A stretch of DNA of 53,643 nt from the IMG/VR virus record IMGVR_UViG_3300011115_000699, positions 1-53,643 of that record, one strand, 5' to 3'. The DNA comes from a virus (lineage: Duplodnaviria > Caudoviricetes). Below the pieces are notes generated by a model. That model searched no databases. It was given only the letters and a program-made list of their open reading frames with translations, and was not told the origin of the DNA. Position numbers and translations under genes: made by a program. Of the stretch, positions 44,437-53,643 are shown piece after piece (position 1 is the first letter of the stretch; each line of letters opens with the position of its first letter).

Positions 44437-46697
44437 GAAACCCGCTATTTACTCTTAAGCGGAAAACAGCCGAGCCTGGTATGTTTAACCGGTCTCAAGC
44501 TGTTGGTCTCAACCCACCTGGTATGCAAACTATCAAGCAGAGCATTATGGCTATGAAGAAGCCAAAGGCTACTGGTACGCAAGGTAGTTTTGACACAGGC
44601 AACCTTGAACTTGATGACCCAGATGAACTTGGCATCGATCACGAACACAATAAATGGAAAGTTGATCCTGGTGAACAACCAGAAGAAGCAGTCAAGATCA
44701 CTTCGTTTATCAAGGGTGAGTTTGATCGTGCGTACCGCGCTCGCCAGGAAATGGAACTAGAGTGGGCGCAAGCATTAGCATTCTTTGAAGGTCGGCAGTG
44801 GTTCCGCATCAACTCTCAGACTCGTAACCTGGTGCAGTTGCAGAACCCGTCAGAACCTAACCGCTACATGACGGTCAACAAAATGCGTCCTTTGCTCGAC
44901 GGCGTTGTCGGCAAGTTGACCCAGGTTGCTCCAGATGCTCGTGCTGTCCCACTCAGCATGAACCCTAAAGACCAAGCTGCTGCAGACGAAGCCAACTTTA
45001 TTGCCGGTCATTACACAAGAAAGTTTGATCGTGAAACACAAACCAAGGAACGTGTTCGCTGGGCTTGCGTAACTGGAACGTGTTACGTCAAGATCTACTG
45101 GAACGCCAAGTCCGAAGTCGTAATGCCAAAGATGTCCATCGATGATGGAAACATCAATGGATACGAATCACTACCGCTTGGTGATGTTGAAGAAGAAATC
45201 ATCCCGTGTTTTAACGTACTGATTGATCCGACAGCACAACGCGACGAAGATATTCGCTGGATGATTCATGCCAGCATTAAGCCTTTGTCTTGGTTTACGG
45301 ACAACTACGGTGAAGCGGGTAAAGCCGTACAGCCGGACGCTATTGCTGGACAAAACTCTGGGTATGTTGATGCGTACCTGGAAGGCGCAAACGGTTCTGG
45401 TAATGGATGGGTACAACCATCGTCTGCCAGGATGAACAACATGGACTCTAAGAAACACGCCGCAATCGTGTATGAGTACTGGGAGAGACCAACTGCACAA
45501 TATACAGATGGACGCTATATCGTTAGTACTAATAGCGCATTACTTCACGCAGGTGTTTGGCCATACGAAAAGAAAGACGACTTTCCCTTCATTCCACTGC
45601 GATGGCAACCACGATCGGGTACCGCGTACGGACACAGTCTGGGGTTTGACTTGTGTCCATTGCAGCAAATGTACAACCGACTTTATTCAAGAGCTCTAGA
45701 GCAGTTTGAAGTCAACAAAGACTACATCATGGTTGAGCGCCTTAGCCGTATCGGCGCAGACGCATTTGATCAAGCCGCAGAAGACATTGATGACAAGTCT
45801 CGTATCTACCGAAAGGTTTACTACGATCGAGGTTCTCAACCTCCGCAGATTCAACGCGCACCCGGTATTTCTGCCGATCTTTTCCCAATGATGCAAACAT
45901 TGGAGAAGGACATGGCGGACATTGCTGGGTTGCATGACGTATCCCAGGGCCTGGCCCAAGCAGGAACGCCAGCGGAATCCGTACGCTTATTGCAACGTGC
46001 TGACAATACACAGCATTCATACATCAGGGCTGACATCGAAAAGAGTATTCAGAAGATCAAAGAATGGGAGATTTCACTGGTATCCCAGTTTGCAGTCACT
46101 CCGTTCATTGGATCTGTTGATGACCAAGTCAATCCTCAGAATAACATCAAGCAGGGATTGATTACGTTTGACGCTATTCGTGAAGGTGGACAATTCCGTG
46201 TTGTTTACATTCCTGGTTCATCCATGCAAGATAGCCCGGATCAGAAACTACAGAAGATTGTCATGCTTCGCCAGATGGGTCTCTTTGGTGATCCGACTGA
46301 TGCAGATACAAACGCGCTTACCGTCAAGATGCTTCAGTTACCAGAGACAACTGACATCCTGGAAGTCTTGGCTATGCAACAACAGAAGCAAGCCCAGATG
46401 CAACAGCAGATGATGGCTATGCAACAACAGCAAATGGCTTTACAGTCACAGCCTAAACAGGCTCCGTTTAATCCTGAAGCCGAGCAGATGAAAACACAAC
46501 TTGACTTAGAGAAGCAACAGCAACTATTCCAAATGAAGCATCAAGCTGACATGGAAAAAATGCAAGTGCAAGCCGGTTTAAATTCTGAAGATTACGCGAC
46601 AAAGCAGATTGCTGACATCGCAAAAGATGCTCTTACCTCCAGTGGTAATAGCAAGGGCGCGACCCCTGCACAAAAAGTGCAAAAACAACAAAAGTAG
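44433..46697 (+). CDS. Portal protein (P22-like, Gln-rich C-terminal barrel)
   Basis: FFEGRQW, VNKMRP, PFIP, PLQQMYN motifs; follows TerL. Confidence 0.85.
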   Translation: MRNPLFTLKRKTAEPGMFNRSQAVGLNPPGMQTIKQSIMAMKKPKATGTQGSFDTGNLELDDPDELGIDHEHNKWKVDPGEQPEEAVKITSFIKGEFDRAYRARQEMELEWAQALAFFEGRQWFRINSQTRNLVQLQNPSEPNRYMTVNKMRPLLDGVVGKLTQVAPDARAVPLSMNPKDQAAADEANFIAGHYTRKFDRETQTKERVRWACVTGTCYVKIYWNAKSEVVMPKMSIDDGNINGYESLPLGDVEEEIIPCFNVLIDPTAQRDEDIRWMIHASIKPLSWFTDNYGEAGKAVQPDAIAGQNSGYVDAYLEGANGSGNGWVQPSSARMNNMDSKKHAAIVYEYWERPTAQYTDGRYIVSTNSALLHAGVWPYEKKDDFPFIPLRWQPRSGTAYGHSLGFDLCPLQQMYNRLYSRALEQFEVNKDYIMVERLSRIGADAFDQAAEDIDDKSRIYRKVYYDRGSQPPQIQRAPGISADLFPMMQTLEKDMADIAGLHDVSQGLAQAGTPAESVRLLQRADNTQHSYIRADIEKSIQKIKEWEISLVSQFAVTPFIGSVDDQVNPQNNIKQGLITFDAIREGGQFRVVYIPGSSMQDSPDQKLQKIVMLRQMGLFGDPTDADTNALTVKMLQLPETTDILEVLAMQQQKQAQMQQQMMAMQQQQMALQSQPKQAPFNPEAEQMKTQLDLEKQQQLFQMKHQADMEKMQVQAGLNSEDYATKQIADIAKDALTSSGNSKGATPAQKVQKQQK

Positions 46698-46720
46698 TCG
46701 TGCTAAAATGGGAGACATAA

Positions 46721-47617
46721 ATGCCTGAAGAGATGGTGACACTAACTTCCGATTCACCAGCGGAAGCACCAGGCGGTTTGGGAAACGCAGTTGCAGACTT
46801 CATTCAAGATAACGCCGGTCTTGAAGATAACTCACAATGGGCGACAAGTGAGACTGACGGAAGTTACGAAACTGCGGACGATGGTTATGACGAAGTTGCT
46901 GAAGTTGATGAGACGGATTACGACTCACTAACTGATGAACTGCTTGGTATTGACAACAATCAATTTCATGCACAAGAACAGGAAGAACCTGGGGCGGTGC
47001 CATACGAGCGATTCCGTGAAGTCAATGAGCGAGCGCGTCAAGCCACCGAGTATGAGGAACGATTCAATCGTTGGGGTCGTGTCATTGAAAACCTTGAGTC
47101 CCAGGGATATCAGGATGCGGATGCGGTAGATGCAATGCTTGCTCAACAAGAGCAACAACAACGTGAATACCAAATTCAAAACCGATATCGCCAGATGGCG
47201 GATCAACAACTAATTGATCCACAACTGGCAGAAGCCCAGGCCCGAGCTGAAATTATGCAGCAACGGTACGAAGGCCAGATGGCTCAGGTCAACCAGTATA
47301 TGTTGTCTCAGCAACGAGATTATGCTGTTCAACAATACCCACTGGCACAACGTGCGCCTGAACTTGTGGATAACTTGATCTCCGCTGGGTTCTCTCCAGA
47401 ACAAGCGGCTCAAGCAGTACATGAGCAAGTGCGTACAATTACTCGTAGTCTTGTTCCTGAGATTACAAGCCGCTTATCGAGATCGCAGCGTAGTCCGCAA
47501 CCAATGGGAAATGCAAACACAGCAGTGCCAGCACCACCAGGCCGTGGAGTACAACAACAGCGAGGTTCTTCGATTGGTGCGTTGCTTGGAATTGTTCGGG
47601 GCAAAAACACTCTTTAA
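46721..47617 (+). CDS. Capsid scaffolding protein
   Basis: Acidic N-terminus, VPYERFREVN motif, coiled coil; between portal and MCP. Confidence 0.75.
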   Translation: MPEEMVTLTSDSPAEAPGGLGNAVADFIQDNAGLEDNSQWATSETDGSYETADDGYDEVAEVDETDYDSLTDELLGIDNNQFHAQEQEEPGAVPYERFREVNERARQATEYEERFNRWGRVIENLESQGYQDADAVDAMLAQQEQQQREYQIQNRYRQMADQQLIDPQLAEAQARAEIMQQRYEGQMAQVNQYMLSQQRDYAVQQYPLAQRAPELVDNLISAGFSPEQAAQAVHEQVRTITRSLVPEITSRLSRSQRSPQPMGNANTAVPAPPGRGVQQQRGSSIGALLGIVRGKNTL

Positions 47618-47628
47618 GGTAGAAAATT

Positions 47629-48678
47629 ATGGCAATTGCATCTGGTGCAGTCCTGCTTGATACACAGGCTCTTACTCTTGCCGATCAGGCAATCATCTCT
47701 AACGACCCTCTCGTAAAAGAAATTACGAAGGCTCTTCACAAGACCTGGAATGCTCTTAAGGACATTCCTTTGACAACCTCTCCATCCCTTCGCCAAGTTG
47801 GCGTTCGGTTTACGAACCAACAGGGTTCGCTTCCGACGATTAACTGGGCAACGGTCAACGAGGAACCAACGGTTTCCAAGGGCAAACCAAAACAGTACGA
47901 AGAATCCATGTATCTTGTTCGTAACAAGATCCAGGTAGACCACGTACTTCTTGATCAGCCTAACAACATTGTTGATCCAATTGAAGCACAGGTTCAGATT
48001 TTCATGGAATCGTTTGCTTATGATTTCAATACGAAATTCATAAACAATGATCCGACCGCCGCTACCGGCGATACGGATTGTTTCCCTGGACTTCGTTATC
48101 GTCTTGCTAACCCAGATCAGTTTGATATCCCTGGTGAAATGTCTGTCAATGCCGCTGGTACGGACCTTACGACAGCTACTTCGGCTTCTGCTCTTGCTAA
48201 CAACATGATGCTTTACATCCAGCAGTTGTTGGACAACATGAACAGTCCGGACGGAGATGGAGTAGTTCTTTACGTATCAGAGCGCGTCAAGCGGCGTATT
48301 GAATGGGCCATCAGGAATATGGGCATAGGCGCAGGCTTCGACATTACGAAGGACTCGTTTGATCGTCCTGTCGAAAAGTACAAAGCTGCAACTGTTCGTT
48401 CTGTTGGACGCCGCGCAGACGGTGTGACTCACGTCCTTAAAGATGAAACCGCAGCTGGTGTTGAAGCTTCTTCGGCTACTGGTTTGGAATCCATCTATGC
48501 TGTTCGTTATGGCTCCGGCTATGCAACAGGATGGCAGAGCGGTCCATTCAAGCCTACGTACCTTGGTCTTTCTAAGGAAAACGGCGTTCTTCACAACATC
48601 GTTTTTGACTGGGGTGTTGGTCTTTGGATGCCTCACGTTCGTGCTGTAGGACGTGTCTACAACATCAAGGTTGCATAA
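47629..48678 (+). CDS. Major capsid protein
   Basis: 349 aa after scaffold; LPT..W..VNE, FINND..FPGL, SIYAVRYG; followed by decoration gene and terminator. Confidence 0.85.
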   Translation: MAIASGAVLLDTQALTLADQAIISNDPLVKEITKALHKTWNALKDIPLTTSPSLRQVGVRFTNQQGSLPTINWATVNEEPTVSKGKPKQYEESMYLVRNKIQVDHVLLDQPNNIVDPIEAQVQIFMESFAYDFNTKFINNDPTAATGDTDCFPGLRYRLANPDQFDIPGEMSVNAAGTDLTTATSASALANNMMLYIQQLLDNMNSPDGDGVVLYVSERVKRRIEWAIRNMGIGAGFDITKDSFDRPVEKYKAATVRSVGRRADGVTHVLKDETAAGVEASSATGLESIYAVRYGSGYATGWQSGPFKPTYLGLSKENGVLHNIVFDWGVGLWMPHVRAVGRVYNIKVA

Positions 48679-48688
48679 GGAGTAACTG

Positions 48689-49270
48689 ATGGCACAAGAT
48701 TATCTCTTGAAGTTTGGAGCATTGGCGTTGTCTGCCTTGGCAGAAGCCAACTCTGGTACTCCAACCTTCACCACAAGTTACGTTACGGGACCTGCCTCGC
48801 AGATCTTTCCAACGGTAATTGACCTCGGAGCAATTGGTGGTCAAAATAACCGTTCGGAAATGTTTGCAAAGGTCAACATCAACGTAACAGCTCTTAGTTC
48901 TTCTACAACACTTGCTGATGCTACAAACTACTGGACATTCAATCCAGTTGTTGAAGCAAGTAAAGATGGTACTAACTACAGCATTGTTTCAACATTGCCT
49001 ATTGACATAGCTGCTTCTCGCGTATTTTACGCAGCAGGTGGTGTCACAATTGGCAGTGATGCATCGGTACAGTTGTATGTCCCACTTTATGCACCAGCCG
49101 GTACGATTTCACAGAACTCTTCTGGAGCTGCTGAAGACAACTATCGTTACTTCCGTGTTCGTTTGCTTTGTCGGCCAGGTGTAACTGGCGGTGGTACTAC
49201 CGGTGCTAACCGTACAATTACATTGAATGCTACGGCTGCAATGGTTAACGCTAAAGACGGAGCTATCTAA
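48689..49270 (+). CDS. Capsid decoration/cement protein
   Basis: AAGGAG SD, follows MCP; EASKDGTNY..YRYFRV beta-sandwich pattern. Confidence 0.55.
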   Translation: MAQDYLLKFGALALSALAEANSGTPTFTTSYVTGPASQIFPTVIDLGAIGGQNNRSEMFAKVNINVTALSSSTTLADATNYWTFNPVVEASKDGTNYSIVSTLPIDIAASRVFYAAGGVTIGSDASVQLYVPLYAPAGTISQNSSGAAEDNYRYFRVRLLCRPGVTGGGTTGANRTITLNATAAMVNAKDGAI

Positions 49271-49273
49271 GTT

Positions 49274-49302
49274 AAAGGGGAGGGGAAACCCTCCTCTTTT
49301 TT
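49274..49302 (+). terminator. Intrinsic terminator after capsid genes
   Basis: GGGGAGGG-GAAA-CCCTCCTC-TTTTTT. Confidence 0.75.
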
Positions 49303-49314
49303 GAAAGGAAACGT

Positions 49315-50340
49315 ATGGCAAAAGACTTTTTGCTACAATCGGGAGGCGTGATTGCATCTGCATTCACTATCTCAACATCTGGCACAAAATATTACTCGCC
49401 TCCTGTATCACTTGAACCATTTGGGTCAAACGGCAGTAACAGTTTGTTTGGTCGGTTTATGTTGGCTCCAGGTATTACTTACGCTGCCGTGCCTGGTGCA
49501 GCAACGACATCTGCTTTTCAGTTTGGTTACGATGTCAGTAAAGATGGTTCTACGTGGACCGCTATGCATCAGTCACCAACTGAAACGCAAGCATTTCGCA
49601 CACATGACGTTTACACGATGGTATATGCAACCAACGCAACTACGCCATGTAACCTTAACTATGCAACGTCATCGTCTACAGCAGGTGTTTCAGCTTCGGC
49701 TACCATAACCACTGCACCTGTAGTTTCAATTGGTGATGTAGTTACGTTTGGTGCGACTGCTAACGGTTTTACAACAGGTGTACCGTATTACGTCATCTCG
49801 TCTGTTCCAACCGCTGCATCACAGCCATCTGCAACTAGTACGTGTACTATTCAGGTTAGCCTTACTCCAGGCGGCGTTCCTGTAGTTGGTACTGGTACTG
49901 GTACTCCAACTGTCACACGCTACTACCCTGCATCTGTATCCGTAGCGGTTGGTGATGCACTTGTTGTGTCTGGTGCAACGGTTGCTGGTGCAAACCCAGC
50001 ATCGTTGACGGCAGGAACAGTTTTGTATGTAAACTCAATCACCTCACAAAACTACGCTGGTTATGTTGTAACTCTTGCAACAACCTTTGGTGGTACTGCG
50101 TTTGCACCAACAACGGCGTTTTCAACAGGTACGTTTGTGACACGCGCACTTTCTCCAATGTCAGAGTATTTCTTTACCGTTCCAACAATCAGTGGCTTTA
50201 TTGATCTAAATGGAATTGGTCAGGATGTATACAAGTACGTTCGTGGGTGGGTAACGTGTACGTTCCCATCGGGTGTAAACCCTACTGTTCCATCTGCTCG
50301 TTTTGACTTGGTGCCAAGCCGAGATGGAGCCTATTCCTAA
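49315..50340 (+). CDS. Paralogous decoration protein with inserted domains
   Basis: Shares termini and core motifs with 48689..49270. Confidence 0.55.
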   Translation: MAKDFLLQSGGVIASAFTISTSGTKYYSPPVSLEPFGSNGSNSLFGRFMLAPGITYAAVPGAATTSAFQFGYDVSKDGSTWTAMHQSPTETQAFRTHDVYTMVYATNATTPCNLNYATSSSTAGVSASATITTAPVVSIGDVVTFGATANGFTTGVPYYVISSVPTAASQPSATSTCTIQVSLTPGGVPVVGTGTGTPTVTRYYPASVSVAVGDALVVSGATVAGANPASLTAGTVLYVNSITSQNYAGYVVTLATTFGGTAFAPTTAFSTGTFVTRALSPMSEYFFTVPTISGFIDLNGIGQDVYKYVRGWVTCTFPSGVNPTVPSARFDLVPSRDGAYS

Positions 50341-50987
50341 TGACACGAGGTGAGATCAAACGGCGCATCCGTCTTCTTGGACGGCACTATTTTGGTTCGG
50401 ATTCGGACCAGGATCCGTTTGGTCTTGACCTCCTCATTTTGGAAGTCACTAATCAGATAGCCAGGTCAACTGACTGCTTTACAGGCAGAAGGTATCTTGA
50501 TCTGGCTGCTGATACATCAGAGTACTGCGCTCCTGATATCTATCGCGTACGTAACGTCCAGGTTAAAAACACCGGCGGTGACTGGCAACGTATGCGCATT
50601 CTAGACGCTTACAACCGTAAGGTTGATATGGTCCGCAATGACGGATCATCTGCATTCCCAACAATAGCCGTGTTTACCGGGATGAACAAGGTGGCTGTGT
50701 ACCCACCACCGGCATCGGCTATTACACAAGGGTTAATGCTTGAAGGATATGCAATCCCTGGAGATTACTGGGTTTACGATTCTAATGGAGTTGCTCAGAC
50801 TATTACAGACGCTACAGAATGTCCGTTACCTGCGGTGGCGCACGACTGTCTTGTCTATGGTGTTCTGGCTCAAAGGGCAATGCAATCTAAAGATGTTGAT
50901 GGCTTTCAGTTGTACCAGGCCCAATATACTGATCGGCTTGGCATGGTTGAATCGTTCGCGGCAAGTTATGCAAGGAGACCAGTGTAA
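50340..50987 (+). CDS. Head-tail adaptor protein
   Basis: MTRGEIKRRIR..VYPPP..LPAVAHDCLVYG pattern. Confidence 0.65.
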   Translation: MTRGEIKRRIRLLGRHYFGSDSDQDPFGLDLLILEVTNQIARSTDCFTGRRYLDLAADTSEYCAPDIYRVRNVQVKNTGGDWQRMRILDAYNRKVDMVRNDGSSAFPTIAVFTGMNKVAVYPPPASAITQGLMLEGYAIPGDYWVYDSNGVAQTITDATECPLPAVAHDCLVYGVLAQRAMQSKDVDGFQLYQAQYTDRLGMVESFAASYARRPV

Positions 50988-51721
50988 TGGCTCTCACAAT
51001 GGCGGAATTAACAACTGAGACATACAAGCTGCTGAACGAAGCAACTAACTCTACGTTGGGCATTGTGAGCGCCGGTGATGGCACTGCAACTGCGCCTAAT
51101 GATTCAGACACTACTATCAGAGGTTTCATTGGTGAAGCCGTATCGGAAATCTGTCGAACGTGCGTGACGTTCCAGGTATCAGGTGATCTTACATACACAA
51201 CGAACACCAGGAATGTTTTGCTTACTAGTATGTCAAACCCTAGTCCTGCGTCTTCTACGATGTGGTTTGTTACTGATGCATACATTGGGTCAACCAGACT
51301 TGTACACGCATCTGAATCTAGTGTTCGCGCTAACGATTTGAATTATGCATCTACAGTAGTTGCAGTATCTACAGGTATTACTAACTGGTACAGGATGGAC
51401 AACTACTCTGTTAATCTCTATCCATATTCCTCAAACGCAACATCTACAGTTGTCAAGGTGTACGGTTACGGCATACCTAATATTACTAACGCTACCGGAA
51501 CATCTTTGTCGTTTATTCCTGATGACTTAATGAAGCAGATGATTCCAGCGTGGGTAGCCACAAAACTTATTATGAAGAACATCGATGATCCAACACTTGG
51601 TAACAGACTGTTCTGGAAGAATTGGTATAACGAAGGGCGAATGAAGCTCTATATGCAGTTGGATGCCGGATTGAGACAAGCCGGTGGTCCATACTCAATC
51701 CCACCAGTGATAATGCAATAA
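50987..51721 (+). CDS. Second adaptor-like protein
   Basis: LTMAEL..LLNE..LYPY..IPDDL pattern. Confidence 0.55.
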   Translation: MALTMAELTTETYKLLNEATNSTLGIVSAGDGTATAPNDSDTTIRGFIGEAVSEICRTCVTFQVSGDLTYTTNTRNVLLTSMSNPSPASSTMWFVTDAYIGSTRLVHASESSVRANDLNYASTVVAVSTGITNWYRMDNYSVNLYPYSSNATSTVVKVYGYGIPNITNATGTSLSFIPDDLMKQMIPAWVATKLIMKNIDDPTLGNRLFWKNWYNEGRMKLYMQLDAGLRQAGGPYSIPPVIMQ

Positions 51722-51766
51722 CAATGCTGAAGGGACAAGAAACCAGTGGAACGACAGGACAACGTG

Positions 51767-52051
51767 ATGGATAAGTTGCATTTTGATTGGAATCAATTGC
51801 TTGCCGGGTTTATTGGCGCAATCATTGGTACCGATTGGCACAAAATTAAAACAGTAATGCAGGGAATCATTATGGTGTTGTCTGGCACAGCATCTGCCAT
51901 TTATTTGACTCCTATGGTTGCCAAACAAATTGGATGGGAGCAACCCCATCAGATGATTGGCTTATCCTTTCTGCTTGGCACACTTGGGCTTAGAACTGTT
52001 CAAGCTTTTAACATCCTTATTGAGAAGGCCCTTAAGAAGGTTAGTGAGTAG
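51767..52051 (+). CDS. Holin-like membrane protein
   Basis: Three hydrophobic segments, AIYLTP, FLLGTLG, basic C-terminus. Confidence 0.65.
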   Translation: MDKLHFDWNQLLAGFIGAIIGTDWHKIKTVMQGIIMVLSGTASAIYLTPMVAKQIGWEQPHQMIGLSFLLGTLGLRTVQAFNILIEKALKKVSE

Positions 52052-53200
52052 ATGGCTCTAACAGAAATTGACTTTCTGTATCCACGAGTAATTATGCCTC
52101 AAGGTGGTGCTATTACTGCTGCGACAAACATCCCGATAAACGGTACTGGAGACATACAAGTATGGATCTGTCAAGCAGACGAAGATATGACCATTACTGC
52201 TGTAGGCTGTCATGTTACTACTAGGACTGGAAGCCCAGGCAACACTGCAACTGGCTTTCGTTTAGGCATTACGTATATTGATGCAACAACAGGCTTTCCA
52301 ACTACAACGCCTACACCCACATGGGCAGACGCTACGTTTAGTGGTGCAGCTGGAACCGCTTATCAGCAGTTTAATGCCACAACAGGAATTACGATAAATC
52401 AAAATTTAATCGCAACATTGACAACACCTGTGACAATTACGAGAGGGACTGTATTCGGTATTTGCGCTGATGCTAACGCTGGTACATGGGATACAGGCAA
52501 TCTTATAAACATAAGAACAGGATTTGTGTCAACGTACCCGTCATATAACTTTCCATACAGCACTGGGATTCTTACTGGTGGTGTTAATGTTGATAACACC
52601 GTAGACTGCCCAACGTTCCTATACAGGTCATCGACTAAAACGTACGGTCAGCCATATGAAACAGTAGCGTCAATAAATAATGATCAAGGCGCTACACCCG
52701 ACGAGTATGGAATGTACTTTAGGTTTGCAACTGGTACTACTAGTACATATCAAATATCTGGAGTTAGATTAGGTTGTTTAGTTGCAGCAGATTTTGATGT
52801 CATTCTTTACGATACAAATGGAACAACAGTATTAGCATCTGTTACAGCAGACTCTAGCATTCAAAATCAAACAACTCATGGTGCTTATAATTATCTGTTT
52901 ACTGGAACTACGTTACCTACGTTAACGGCTGGATCGTATTATAGACTTGTTGTACGTCCTTCTACGTCTACTCCTATGGGGCCTGTTCAGTATTTTACGT
53001 TTAGGACAGATGCTGATAAGACTGCTATTCTTGGAGCTGCTGATGATGTTCAATACACATCACGTACCAATGCTGGTGCATGGACACAAGATACTAACCG
53101 TTTGTTTGCTATGCAAGCAATAGTTGTTGCTCTTGATGCAGGTGGATCAACTGGCGGCATGTTAGTTCATCCCGGCATGACTGGCGGAATGAGAGGCTAA
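52052..53200 (+). CDS. Tail/virion beta-rich protein
   Basis: Thr-rich, two similar beta-sandwich halves. Confidence 0.55.
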   Translation: MALTEIDFLYPRVIMPQGGAITAATNIPINGTGDIQVWICQADEDMTITAVGCHVTTRTGSPGNTATGFRLGITYIDATTGFPTTTPTPTWADATFSGAAGTAYQQFNATTGITINQNLIATLTTPVTITRGTVFGICADANAGTWDTGNLINIRTGFVSTYPSYNFPYSTGILTGGVNVDNTVDCPTFLYRSSTKTYGQPYETVASINNDQGATPDEYGMYFRFATGTTSTYQISGVRLGCLVAADFDVILYDTNGTTVLASVTADSSIQNQTTHGAYNYLFTGTTLPTLTAGSYYRLVVRPSTSTPMGPVQYFTFRTDADKTAILGAADDVQYTSRTNAGAWTQDTNRLFAMQAIVVALDAGGSTGGMLVHPGMTGGMRG

Positions 53201-53201
53201 C

Positions 53202-53643
53202 ATGAGTAAGCGATGGATTAAATCTGGCTCAACTTCTCAAACCATAGATATCTTTGTATTGAACTCATCAAGTACAGTTGGAGCTGGTTTAACTGGATTG
53301 GTATTTAACTCTGCTGGATTAACCTGTTACTACCGCAAAGGTGCGTTAGGTGCTGCAACATCAGTCACACTTGCTACTCTTGCGTTAATTACAACAGCAT
53401 GGTCAACAGGTGGGTTCAAAGAAGTAGATGCCACGAATATGCCCGGCCTCTATAGATTTGACATACCTAATGCTGCGTTAGATACCGCTGGTATAACTGT
53501 CATCTATTTTAAAGGAGCAACCAACATGGCTCCTGTTGTACTTGAGATTGAAGTTGTAGCAGTTGATGTATTTGACGGCGTACGAATGGGCTTGACCTCA
53601 CTTCCAAACGCTGTTGCTGGCGCAATCAATGGTGTTCCGTTAT
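53202..53643 (+). CDS. Tail-associated protein, 3'-truncated
   Basis: GAGG SD, ATG 53202, open to window end (MSKRWIKSGSTSQ..MPGLYRFDIP). Confidence 0.65.
   Translation, partial: MSKRWIKSGSTSQTIDIFVLNSSSTVGAGLTGLVFNSAGLTCYYRKGALGAATSVTLATLALITTAWSTGGFKEVDATNMPGLYRFDIPNAALDTAGITVIYFKGATNMAPVVLEIEVVAVDVFDGVRMGLTSLPNAVAGAINGVPL

Noticed and set aside
1-53643. Diversity-generating retroelement, intron/intein, tRNA or stop-codon recoding
   Set aside because: No reverse transcriptase, adenine-variable repeat pair, intein motifs or cloverleaf noticed; core genes are intact under the standard code.

Overview
The window is most of a tailed dsDNA phage genome with podovirus-like architecture, opened inside the tail module (both ends are partial tail genes). 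Plus strand 41.8-53.6 kb then 1-18 kb is morphogenesis: TerS-like, TerL, portal, scaffold, major capsid, two paralogous decoration proteins, two adaptors, holin, tail proteins, three probable ejection proteins and a CHAP-type endolysin. The largest ejection protein (2842 aa) carries an HExxH motif, a degenerate ART-like segment and an intact C5 cytosine methyltransferase domain. Minus strand 17.8-26.6 kb is a lambdoid replication/recombination operon (initiator with iterons, loader, DnaB, Gam-like, SSAP, VRR-NUC). 32.4-39.8 kb holds three Tad2/DUF2829-like genes (one fused to an HTH), ThyX, dUTPase, SSB, a multi-module C5 MTase with an out-of-frame nested ORF, and a LuxR HTH. The oddest part is 26.6-32.4 kb: a GATC-rich island of minus-strand genes whose starts share a TACGTTATG motif, mostly with an upstream hairpin. 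Its non-coding spacers hold a covarying family of stem-GA-GC-GNA-GC-GA-stem DNA hairpins, G-quadruplex motifs and a repeated TACYTGCGK motif. No integrase, DNA or RNA polymerase, tRNA or CRISPR array was recognised. All family calls come from motif recognition by eye, not database searches.
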